A DNA stretch of 34,359 nt. It comes from Natrialbaceae archaeon (GTDB taxonomy: Archaea > Halobacteriota > Halobacteria > Halobacteriales > Natrialbaceae). The position numbers and the translations under genes are program-made. The notes beneath the pieces are model-generated. The model was given only the letters and a program-made list of their open reading frames with translations, ran no database searches and was not told where the DNA came from. Within the stretch, counting starts at the first letter, position 1, and every line of letters begins with the position of its first letter. Positions 1 through 6,948 of the stretch are shown here, one piece after another. Where the stretch lies: NCBI GenBank assembly GCA_003552885.1, contig PUPA01000169.1:1-34359 (forward strand), in the 5' to 3' direction.

Positions 1-3
1 ATA

Positions 4-717
4 ATGGAGTCGGCGAACGGGGCGAGACTGACCCTCGAGATCTGGCACCCGGACTGCTGGACGCTCGAGGTCACAGAGGAGACGCCCGCGAAGTTGCTTG
101 CACACACGGTCTACAACGCGGCCGACGGGCGCGTGAAAGGCCACTTCACCGCCTACGGCACCACCGACGACGGGACCGAGAAGCTGGTGGAGGCCACTCA
201 CGACTCGGAGCTCACCGAGTCGGTCGTCGTGGCCGAGGGACGCGTGCCGGTGCGTTCGAGCCCCGCCAGCAGCAGCCGCGAGCTGTTCGTCGAGTACGAT
301 TCGACGAACACGATAAGCGATCACCTCGCCTCGGAGGGGTTCATCCAGGAGTCGCCCGTTCGCGTCCAGGACGGCGCGGAGTACTGGCCGGTGTTCGTCG
401 ACGACGACGATCGCGACCGCCTCCACGAGCGGCTGGATCGGGTCCGCGAGCGCGGGAACGCCGAGATCTCCGTCCGACGGATCACCTCCCACGACGGGTT
501 CGGCGTCGCCGATCGGATCGCCCTGCTCACCGTCCGCCAGCGGGAAGTGTTCGAGCTCGCCTGTGACCACGGCTACTACTCCTGGCCGCGGGACGTGACC
601 ACGCGCGAGCTCGCCGAGCTGGCGGACATCTCGAAGACGACGCTGCTGGAACACCTCCGGACGGCCGAATCGAAACTCCTCGATCCGGCCATCGAGGAGG
701 TGACAGACCGGCCGTAG
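4..717 (+). CDS. Bat-type (HTH_10) helix-turn-helix transcriptional regulator
   Basis: ATG at 4 opens a 237-aa acidic ORF. The C-terminal 'LTVRQREVFELACDHGYYSWPRDVTTRELAELADISKTTLLEHLRTAESKL' looks like the haloarchaeal HTH_10/Bat DNA-binding module. The N-terminal 'LEIWHPDCWTLEV' is typical of this family. Confidence 0.75.
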   Translation: MESANGARLTLEIWHPDCWTLEVTEETPAKLLAHTVYNAADGRVKGHFTAYGTTDDGTEKLVEATHDSELTESVVVAEGRVPVRSSPASSSRELFVEYDSTNTISDHLASEGFIQESPVRVQDGAEYWPVFVDDDDRDRLHERLDRVRERGNAEISVRRITSHDGFGVADRIALLTVRQREVFELACDHGYYSWPRDVTTRELAELADISKTTLLEHLRTAESKLLDPAIEEVTDRP

Positions 718-867
718 GGCGAGCCGACCCGTCCCGCGTCCGAAGCCGACTCCGTCGAGACGAGCGAACGCGGCGAAACCGCCGACAGTCAGATCTCGAT
801 ACGAGCTCCCTGATCGGCGTTTGCAGGACGGACCCCTCGCTTCGCTCGTCGCGTCGTGTTCCGAGAA

Positions 868-980
868 CGTCCTGACGGAGTCCACCGCGAGCGACGCGAG
901 CGGTGGGCACGTCAGGACCGAACGACGAGCGGCTGCTTCGCGTCGCGAAGCAGCCGCGAGGAGTGAGCGTCCTGACGGAG
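868..980. repeat. 13-nt direct repeat 'cgtcctgacggag' (868-880 and 968-980, the second being the tRNA-Arg 3' end), bracketing two hairpins
   Basis: The two copies are read directly and are exactly 100 bp apart. Hairpin A pairs 869-877 with 910-918 and has an inner stem 882-888/900-906. Hairpin B is a perfect palindrome at 929-957 (14-bp arms). Confidence 0.8.
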
Positions 981-1040
981 ATTTGAACCCCGGTCCCTGG
1001 CTCCGCAAGCCAAGAGGATAGTCCACTACCCTACCAGGAC
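968..1040 (-). tRNA. tRNA-Arg (anticodon GCG)
   Basis: The reverse complement folds as a cloverleaf. Acceptor stem GTCCTGG/TCAGGAC with discriminator G. Anticodon stem TTGGC/GCCAG with loop TTGCGGA. T arm CGGGG-TTCAAAT-CTCCG. 73 nt, no encoded CCA, no intron. Confidence 0.9.
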
Positions 1041-1064
1041 TCACCTGTGGATACTGTCGTCGCG

Positions 1065-1079
1065 GTTAAAGCCCTTTCG
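1065..1079 (-). promoter_or_regulatory. BRE/TATA promoter of tRNA-Arg
   Basis: The minus strand reads CGAAAGGGCTTTAAC. CGAAA (BRE-like) and CTTTAA (TATA-like) lie about 25-39 nt upstream of tRNA position 1. The element is embedded in the 14-nt palindrome CCCTTTCGAAAGGG (1072-1085). Confidence 0.6.
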
Positions 1080-1239
1080 AAAGGGTGACGGCGTCCCGTC
1101 GGGCGGTTTCCGCGAGCGTTCCGACGGTTTATATCCGAACGGGCACGATCGGCCGGCATGATCGGAGAAGCCGACGCGGACGGCGTCCGCCGGCGAATGG
1201 ACAACGTTTATGCGCGGGCTGGCCATGCTGGAAGGTGAT

Positions 1240-2640
1240 ATGAGCGACATCGAGGGGGTCTACGAGGACCTCGACGCGGACGTCTCCCTCGAGGAGTTTC
1301 GGGAGGCCGTCGAGGCGAAAGTCGAGCAGATGGGGGGGCTCGCGGACGCCGAGACGGCGGCGATGCTCGTCGCCCACGAGGTCGGCGAGAGCGAGGTCTC
1401 CGGCGTCGCCGACATCGAGCCGGGGATGGAGGAGGCGAAGTTCCTCGCGAAGGTGGTCGACGTCGGCGAGCTCCGGACGTTCGAGCGCGACGGCGAGGAC
1501 GAGGACGGTCGTGTGGCCAACGTCGAGGTCGCCGACGAGACGGGCGCGATCCGGGCGGCGTTCTGGGACGAACACGCCGTCGCCGCGGTCGAGGAACTCG
1601 AGGAGGGCCAGGTGTTACGGATCAAAGGCCGGCCGAAAGACGGCTTCAGCGGCGTCGAGGTCAGCGTCGACGAGGTCGAGATCGACGAGGACGCCGAGAT
1701 CGACGTCCAGGTGGGGGACACCCATCGGATCGAGGAGCTCACCCTCGGGCTGTCGAACGTCAACCTCGTCGGGAAGCTCCTCGAGACCGGCTCGGTTCGC
1801 ACCTTCGACCGGGACGACGGCTCGGAGGGGAGGGTCTCGAATCTCACCCTCGGCGACCCGACCGGCCGGCTCCGGGTCACCCTCTGGGACGAGCAGGCCG
1901 ACAGGGCGGCGGAGCTCGAACCCGGAACGGCAGTCGAGGTCGTCGACGGCTACGTCCGCGAGCGCGACGGCGACATCGAACTCCACGTCGGGGAGCGCGG
2001 TGCCGTCGAGGAGACCGACGGGGACGTCGAGTACGTGCCACGGAGCGAGCCGATCGAGTCCCTCGAGATCGGCCAGACGGTCGACGTCGCCGGCGTCGTG
2101 CGCTCGGCCGATCCGAAACGTACCTTCGACCGGGACGACGGCTCTGAGGGACAGGTCCGGAACGTCCGCCTGCAAGACGCCACGGGCGACATCCGTGTGG
2201 CCCTGTGGGGGGAGAAAGCCGACGTCGATCTGGGCCCCGGCGACGAGGTGGCCTTCGGCGACGTCGAGATCCAGGAGGGCTGGCGGGACGACCTGGAGGC
2301 GTCGGCGGGCTGGCGCTCGACGGTGACGGTGCTCGACGGCGAGGTCGAGGACGACCCGGAGGGGGAAGCCGGCCTCGCGGCGTTCGCCGGCGGGACGGAC
2401 GCGGGTGGGACAGACGGGGCCGAAAACGGCGGAGCGGACGACGGCGTGGACGACGGGCACGCGGAGGGCGAACGCATCGAGTTCACCGGCGTGGTCGTCC
2501 AGGCCGGCGATCCGGTCGTACTCGACGACGGGAAGGAGACGATGAGCGTCGAGACGGGCGCCGACGTCGGACTGGGCGAGGAGGTCACCGCCCGCGGGGT
2601 CGTCCGTGACGGCCGGCTCGACGCCGACGACGTCCTGTAA
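1240..2640 (+). CDS. rpa2: Replication protein A (single-stranded DNA-binding protein) with three tandem OB folds plus a C-terminal domain, RPA2/RpaC type
   Basis: Three repeats of 'RTF(D/E)RD..(G)(S)EG.V.N..L.D.TG.IR..LW.E.A'. An acidic Gly/Asp linker precedes a C-terminal OB-like domain. No RPA-associated or phosphoesterase partner gene is adjacent. The neighbourhood (histone, hdaI) matches my recollection of Haloferax rpa2. An in-frame ATG at 1210 is the alternative start; I prefer 1240 because TTTATG at 1207-1212 could serve as the TATA box of a leaderless mRNA. Confidence 0.85.
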   Translation: MSDIEGVYEDLDADVSLEEFREAVEAKVEQMGGLADAETAAMLVAHEVGESEVSGVADIEPGMEEAKFLAKVVDVGELRTFERDGEDEDGRVANVEVADETGAIRAAFWDEHAVAAVEELEEGQVLRIKGRPKDGFSGVEVSVDEVEIDEDAEIDVQVGDTHRIEELTLGLSNVNLVGKLLETGSVRTFDRDDGSEGRVSNLTLGDPTGRLRVTLWDEQADRAAELEPGTAVEVVDGYVRERDGDIELHVGERGAVEETDGDVEYVPRSEPIESLEIGQTVDVAGVVRSADPKRTFDRDDGSEGQVRNVRLQDATGDIRVALWGEKADVDLGPGDEVAFGDVEIQEGWRDDLEASAGWRSTVTVLDGEVEDDPEGEAGLAAFAGGTDAGGTDGAENGGADDGVDDGHAEGERIEFTGVVVQAGDPVVLDDGKETMSVETGADVGLGEEVTARGVVRDGRLDADDVL

Positions 2641-2658
2641 TCTGAGCCCCTTCGGAAC

Positions 2659-2687
2659 CCCTTAAACGAGTCGATAACGTTTAAGGG
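2659..2687. promoter_or_regulatory. Perfect 10-bp inverted repeat containing the histone TATA box; possibly also the rpa2 terminator hairpin
   Basis: Arms CCCTTAAACG (2659-2668) and CGTTTAAGGG (2678-2687) flank a 9-nt spacer. TTTAAG at 2680-2685 lies 25-30 nt upstream of the histone ATG at 2710, which suggests a leaderless transcript. Confidence 0.6.
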
Positions 2688-2709
2688 CGTCTACTGCGGG
2701 AATTAGGGT

Positions 2710-3141
2710 ATGAACGTCGAGCTTCCGTTCGCCCCGGTGGATTCGATCATCCGTCGGAACGCGGGGGACCTCCGGGTGAGCGCCGATGCCGCCGAGGAGC
2801 TGGCCGAGCGGATCCAAGAGTACGGCGCCGCTCTGGCGGTCGACGCCGCCGGACGGGCCTCCGAGGACGGGCGGAAGACGATCATGGCCGAGGACTTCGG
2901 CGTCGAGCGGGTCGTCGACCGTGAGACACTCGAGTTGCCGGTCGCGCCGGTCGACCGGATCGCCAGACTCGAGATCGACGGTCGGTACCGGGTCTCGATG
3001 GACGCCCGGGTGGCCCTCGCGGACGTTCTCGAGGGGTACGCCGACGACGTCGCCGAGGCGGCGGCGACGCTGGCTCGCCACGCCGACCGGCGAACGGTCA
3101 AAGCCGAGGACGTAGAGACGTACTTCTCGCTTCTCCATTGA
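2710..3141 (+). CDS. hpyA: Archaeal histone, tandem-doublet (two histone folds in one chain)
   Basis: 143 aa. It holds two related halves: 'LPFAPVDSIIRRNAG..RVSADAAEELAERIQEYGAALAVDAA' and 'LPVAPVDRIARLEI..YRVSMDARVALADVLEGYADDVAEAAA'. Each resembles an HMf-type histone fold. Doublet histones are typical of Halobacteria. Confidence 0.85.
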   Translation: MNVELPFAPVDSIIRRNAGDLRVSADAAEELAERIQEYGAALAVDAAGRASEDGRKTIMAEDFGVERVVDRETLELPVAPVDRIARLEIDGRYRVSMDARVALADVLEGYADDVAEAAATLARHADRRTVKAEDVETYFSLLH

Positions 3142-3144
3142 TCG

Positions 3145-4146
3145 ATGCGCTTTGGTTACAGCGAGACGTGTCTCGAACACGACCCCGGCGCCCGCCATCC
3201 GGAGAGTCCAGACCGGCTGCGGGCGATCCGCGAGCGGCTCAAACACAGACACGGCGTCGAGTACGTCGCCGCCGACCCGGCCTCGATAGACCGGATGGCA
3301 GCCGTCCACGACCGGGAGTACGTAGAGGAGGTGAAGGCGTTCTGTGAGGCGGGCGGGGGCAACTGGGATCCGGACACGACCGCCGTCGAGGACAGCTGGG
3401 GGGCGATCGAGCAAAGCGTCGGGCTGGCTTGCTGGGCGGTCGAACGTGCGGTGGCGGGTGACGACGGACGCGAGACGCCGTTCTCGATCGGCCGACCGCC
3501 GGGCCACCACGCGGTGTACGACGACGCGATGGGCTTTTGTTTCGTCAACAACGCTGCCGTCGCCGTCCAGTACGCGATAGCGGAGCTCGGAGTCGACCGG
3601 GCAGCCGTCGTCGACTGGGACGTCCACCACGGCAACGGCACCCAGGACATCTTCTACGACCGCGGGGACGTGTTCTTCGCCTCGACACACGAGAGGGGGC
3701 TCTACCCGGCCACCGGCGACGTAGGAGAGATCGGCGAGGGGGCGGGGGAGGGGGCGATGATGAACGTGCCGATGCCCGCCGGCGCCGACGACGTCGACTA
3801 CCTGGCGGCGTTCGAGGAGCTGATCGTCCCCGCTATCGAGGCGTTCGATCCGGGCCTCCTGCTCGTCAGCGCCGGTTTCGACGCCCACCGCCACGATCCG
3901 ATCTCGCGGATCCGCCTCTCGACGGAGGCGTACGCGCTGTTGACCGACCGGTTGCGGGCGGCGGCCGACACGAGCGACGCGGCACTCGCGTTCGTCCTCG
4001 AGGGTGGGTACGGGCTGAACGTGCTCGCCGACAGCGTCGCGCTGGTCCACGAGACGTTCGACGGGCGGGCCCCGATCGAACCCGACGGCGAGGTCGACGA
4101 CGCCGTCGAGCGGCTGCTCGCCGACGTCGCCGACGCACACGCCTAG
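3145..4146 (+). CDS. hdaI: Class I/II histone deacetylase family protein (HdaI / acetoin-utilisation type)
   Basis: 333 aa carrying 'RPPGHHA', 'GFCFVNNAAVA', 'DWDVHHGNGTQDIF', 'SAGFDAH' and 'EGGY', the canonical HDAC zinc and active-site motifs. It starts 3 nt after the histone stop codon. Confidence 0.9.
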   Translation: MRFGYSETCLEHDPGARHPESPDRLRAIRERLKHRHGVEYVAADPASIDRMAAVHDREYVEEVKAFCEAGGGNWDPDTTAVEDSWGAIEQSVGLACWAVERAVAGDDGRETPFSIGRPPGHHAVYDDAMGFCFVNNAAVAVQYAIAELGVDRAAVVDWDVHHGNGTQDIFYDRGDVFFASTHERGLYPATGDVGEIGEGAGEGAMMNVPMPAGADDVDYLAAFEELIVPAIEAFDPGLLLVSAGFDAHRHDPISRIRLSTEAYALLTDRLRAAADTSDAALAFVLEGGYGLNVLADSVALVHETFDGRAPIEPDGEVDDAVERLLADVADAHA

Positions 4147-5543
4147 GGGGCCGGATCGAAGTACGCCGCGAGCTGCTCGCCGAACTCCGGGAGGAGCTCG
4201 AGGAGCTCCTCGCCGACGAGCACCTCGTACCCCGCCGCGAGCTGCTCGCCGACGTGGCTGCCCAGGCCGACGTCGAAGAGCGCGTCGCTCTCGAGGAACG
4301 TCCGGGCGTCGGTGAACTCGCGTTCCCGTTCGGCGACGTAGCGCTCGCCGTCGACGAACGGCCCGTAGACGTCCGGGTCGTCGGCGTAGGCGGCGAAAAA
4401 GCCCTCGGCGTGGGTCCGGACGTGGACCGGCGGCCCCTGGTGGCGCTCGACCGCGGGCCGGCTGGCGACCGAGAGCTCGACGAACAGGACGGCCGTCTCC
4501 GCGGCGAACGTCTCCGCCCGGAGGTACTCGAAGCCGAGGTCGTCGAGTCCACGGACGACCCCCTCGAGTGACTTCCGGAGCTGTGGGTACAGCTGGTCGT
4601 CGACCAACTCGGGGGCGGGAAACCGGATCGCGACGGGGGTCGTTCCCCGCCGGTCGAGGTGTTCTCGCAGCGTCGCCGCCGAGAGGGGGTCGTACTCGGC
4701 GGGTTCGAAGGGGCCGACGCTCGGTTCGGCGAGCAGCTCGCGCGCGTAGTGTTGGAATCTGGCGACGTTCTCCGGCGCACAGACGGCGGCGACGTTGCGT
4801 TCGGGATCGGTGGGATCGATCACGACGAGCGGATCCGAGAACGTCCCCCGGCCGTGGCCCTCCGGATCGAGCCGGATCGGCGGCTGCCAGTCGGTCGCAG
4901 CCGAGAGCAACGCCCGGAAGCCGCCGTACTCACAGACGAGCAACTCGGTGAGGTAGCCGCTGAAACCCCGGGTCCGCAGGTCCGAGCCGTAGACGCCGAT
5001 CCCCTTCATGAAGCCTTTGGTGAGCCGGACCGCCGCGGCGAGCTCGTCGTCGAGCCGTTCGAGGAGATAGCGGTTGTGAAAGGGCGTCCGATCGACCGCC
5101 GACCGGATCTCGGTCGCCGACTCGAGTCGAAAGCAGGGGACGACGTCGACGTCGAACCCCCGGAACTCGCCTTTGACGTACGGGTGTTCGGCGTACTCCT
5201 CGTGGCCGTCGGGCAGCGTCTCGTGGCCGACGGCGAGCCCGTACCGTTCCAGCTGCCCGCGGTCGAGGTCCGGCGGGAACCGGACGAAGACGTCGATGTC
5301 GCGGTCGCCGCTGATCCAGGTCCCCCGCGCGGTCGAGCCGACCCTGAGGACGTCGGCTCGGGGACAGCGCTCGGTCGCGGCCGCCTCGGCGCGAGCGAGC
5401 AGCGTCTCGGCGACCTCGCGCATGGCCGCCCGCTCGTCCTCGTCGGGATCGACCCGTTCGCGGACGCGTCCGATCACCGCCTCGAACGCGTCGGCCGTCC
5501 CGGTGGCCACACGGTCGGTTTGAGGCGCGCCGTCGTCGGTCAT
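4143..5543 (-). CDS. cca: CCA-adding enzyme (archaeal class I tRNA nucleotidyltransferase)
   Basis: 466 aa. 'RVGSTARGTWISGDRDIDVFVRFP' is the class I nucleotidyltransferase motif. Length and overall pattern are typical of archaeal Cca. The start is an ATG at 5543. Confidence 0.9.
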   Translation of the reverse strand: MTDDGAPQTDRVATGTADAFEAVIGRVRERVDPDEDERAAMREVAETLLARAEAAATERCPRADVLRVGSTARGTWISGDRDIDVFVRFPPDLDRGQLERYGLAVGHETLPDGHEEYAEHPYVKGEFRGFDVDVVPCFRLESATEIRSAVDRTPFHNRYLLERLDDELAAAVRLTKGFMKGIGVYGSDLRTRGFSGYLTELLVCEYGGFRALLSAATDWQPPIRLDPEGHGRGTFSDPLVVIDPTDPERNVAAVCAPENVARFQHYARELLAEPSVGPFEPAEYDPLSAATLREHLDRRGTTPVAIRFPAPELVDDQLYPQLRKSLEGVVRGLDDLGFEYLRAETFAAETAVLFVELSVASRPAVERHQGPPVHVRTHAEGFFAAYADDPDVYGPFVDGERYVAEREREFTDARTFLESDALFDVGLGSHVGEQLAAGYEVLVGEELLELLPEFGEQLAAYFDPAP

Positions 5544-5637
5544 CGACCGTGGCTACTCGGCCCGGGAGTGAAAGGGTATCGAACCCGGGCGGGCAAAACG
5601 AAACTCCTATCAAACGCTGCCGTCAACTCCGAGACGG

Positions 5638-5710
5638 GCCGAAGTAGCTCAGATGGTAGAGCACCTCGCTGTTAACGAGGTTGTCCCAGGTTCGAGTCCT
5701 GGCTTCGGCG
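5638..5710 (+). tRNA. tRNA-Asn (anticodon GTT)
   Basis: Cloverleaf: acceptor GCCGAAG/CTTCGGC with discriminator G; D arm GCTC-AGATGGTA-GAGC; anticodon arm CCTCG-CTGTTAA-CGAGG; T arm CCAGG-TTCGAGT-CCTGG. 73 nt. A CGAAA motif followed by TATCAAA lies about 25-39 nt upstream. Confidence 0.92.
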
Positions 5711-5843
5711 TCCGTCCTCACGGGTTATCGATCGGAGAGCTACGGCGCCGTCAAAAGCCACAGTGTCGACCGAAATCACGGGAGGGGTGTGGCTCCCGTC
5801 GCGTCCGCGTCGTCGGTCCACGCCGGCTCCCGTGACTGACGGC

Positions 5844-6422
5844 TCAGTCGTCCTCCTCGACGACCTCGGGGTCGCTCAGGGCGCTGTCGAGGCTGTCGAG
5901 GCCGTTTATCCACTCGGTGACCAGCCCGTACTCGAGCTCCTCGGCGATCTGCATGTCCAGGTCGGCGCCGTCGATGACCAGCGTGCCGGCCTGGGCGGCG
6001 TAGCCGAGCGCCGCGTCGAGTTCCTCTTCGGCCTCGGCGTCGGCGGCGGCCCCGAGGTAGTCGGTGACGGTCCCCTCCTCGGGGACGCCGCCGGCGACGT
6101 ACTCCTCGGCGGCGAAGAAGACACAGACCAGACTCGTCTGGACGCCGTCGATCAGCAGCCGCTTTTCCTCGTCGTCGACGTCGACCTCCTCGAGGACGAT
6201 CTCGCGGATCTCGGCGATCTCGGCGAGGGTCCCCTCCTGGTCGAGCTCCCCGTCGGCGTACGCTCTGAGGACTTTCGCGACCGCGATCGCGGTGTCGTCC
6301 TGGAGGTTCAACAGCAGCCGGGCCGAGGACTCGTCTTCCGGATCGATCTCCTCGGCCTCGATACGGTCGATCCAGTTCTGCCAGCGTTCCTCAGAGTAGA
6401 ACTCCGTCGGGGGGTTGCTCAT
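5844..6422 (-). CDS. Conserved acidic hypothetical protein (possibly DUF2150 family)
   Basis: 192 aa, ATG start, strongly acidic with haloarchaeal composition. 'FYSEERWQNWIDRIE' resembles what I recall of archaeal DUF2150, but the family call is from memory only. Confidence 0.6.
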   Translation of the reverse strand: MSNPPTEFYSEERWQNWIDRIEAEEIDPEDESSARLLLNLQDDTAIAVAKVLRAYADGELDQEGTLAEIAEIREIVLEEVDVDDEEKRLLIDGVQTSLVCVFFAAEEYVAGGVPEEGTVTDYLGAAADAEAEEELDAALGYAAQAGTLVIDGADLDMQIAEELEYGLVTEWINGLDSLDSALSDPEVVEEDD

Positions 6423-6567
6423 ACAGGCACCTACACCGGCCGAGTGAAATGCCTTTCTCTACCCCGGCCGGGTCGACCACGACGCGTCAGCCCCGGTCAC
6501 CTCTACGGACGCGATCCGTCCGTCGAGCCGCAAACGGCACGGCAGTCCGGCCTCCCCTCCGATCGGC

Positions 6568-6897
6568 TCAGTCGCCTCCCGAGCGCTCGAGGATCGCGTT
6601 CCGGACCCGTTCGGCGTCCCCGCGTCTCCCCCGTGGGAAGTGGAGGGTGTTCTCGTCGACGGGGTGAGAGAGGAAGCCGGCGTCGTCGGCCTCGACGCCC
6701 GTCTGCTCGATCTGGAGGTGGCCCGTGACGATGCCGCCGCTGTACCTGACGCCACGGACCTCGGAGAGGGGGATCCGCTTGTCGTCGAACATCGACCGCG
6801 AGGAGCGATCGATCTCGACGTACTCCCCGTGTACCGACAGCGTGCCGCCTTTGGCCTCGAGAGTCGCGACCGGCTCGGCGGCGGCCTGCTCGTCCAT
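6568..6897 (-). CDS. Small hypothetical protein, possibly PH-like (YokE/DUF4429-like) fold
   Basis: 109 aa with an ATG start and high third-position GC. The pattern 'GTLSVHGEYVEIDR...KRIPLSEVRGVRY..G.VTGHLQI...' resembles bacterial PH-like small domains. It lies 51 nt downstream of bax1 on the same strand. Confidence 0.55.
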   Translation of the reverse strand: MDEQAAAEPVATLEAKGGTLSVHGEYVEIDRSSRSMFDDKRIPLSEVRGVRYSGGIVTGHLQIEQTGVEADDAGFLSHPVDENTLHFPRGRRGDAERVRNAILERSGGD

Positions 6898-6948
6898 GGC
6901 AGACGGTACCCCTCCTGGCGAAGAAAAGCTATCGACGGACGCCGTCGG

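Noticed and set aside
1072-1085. The palindrome CCCTTTCGAAAGGG as a terminator or operator.
   Set aside because: Its right half supplies the CGAAA BRE of the tRNA-Arg promoter at the expected distance, so the palindromy may be incidental. Nothing further supports a separate function.
718-1209. Integrated element or provirus at tRNA-Arg.
   Set aside because: Only an 87-bp segment lies between the direct repeats. No integrase, excisionase or viral ORF occurs on either side within the window. It is kept as a low-to-moderate interest finding only.
1440-2230. Internal nucleotide repeats in rpa2, for example 'accttcgaccgggacgacggctc' occurring at about 1800 and about 2121.
   Set aside because: They are explained by the triplicated OB-fold domains of one protein. 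This is not a mobile or regulatory repeat.
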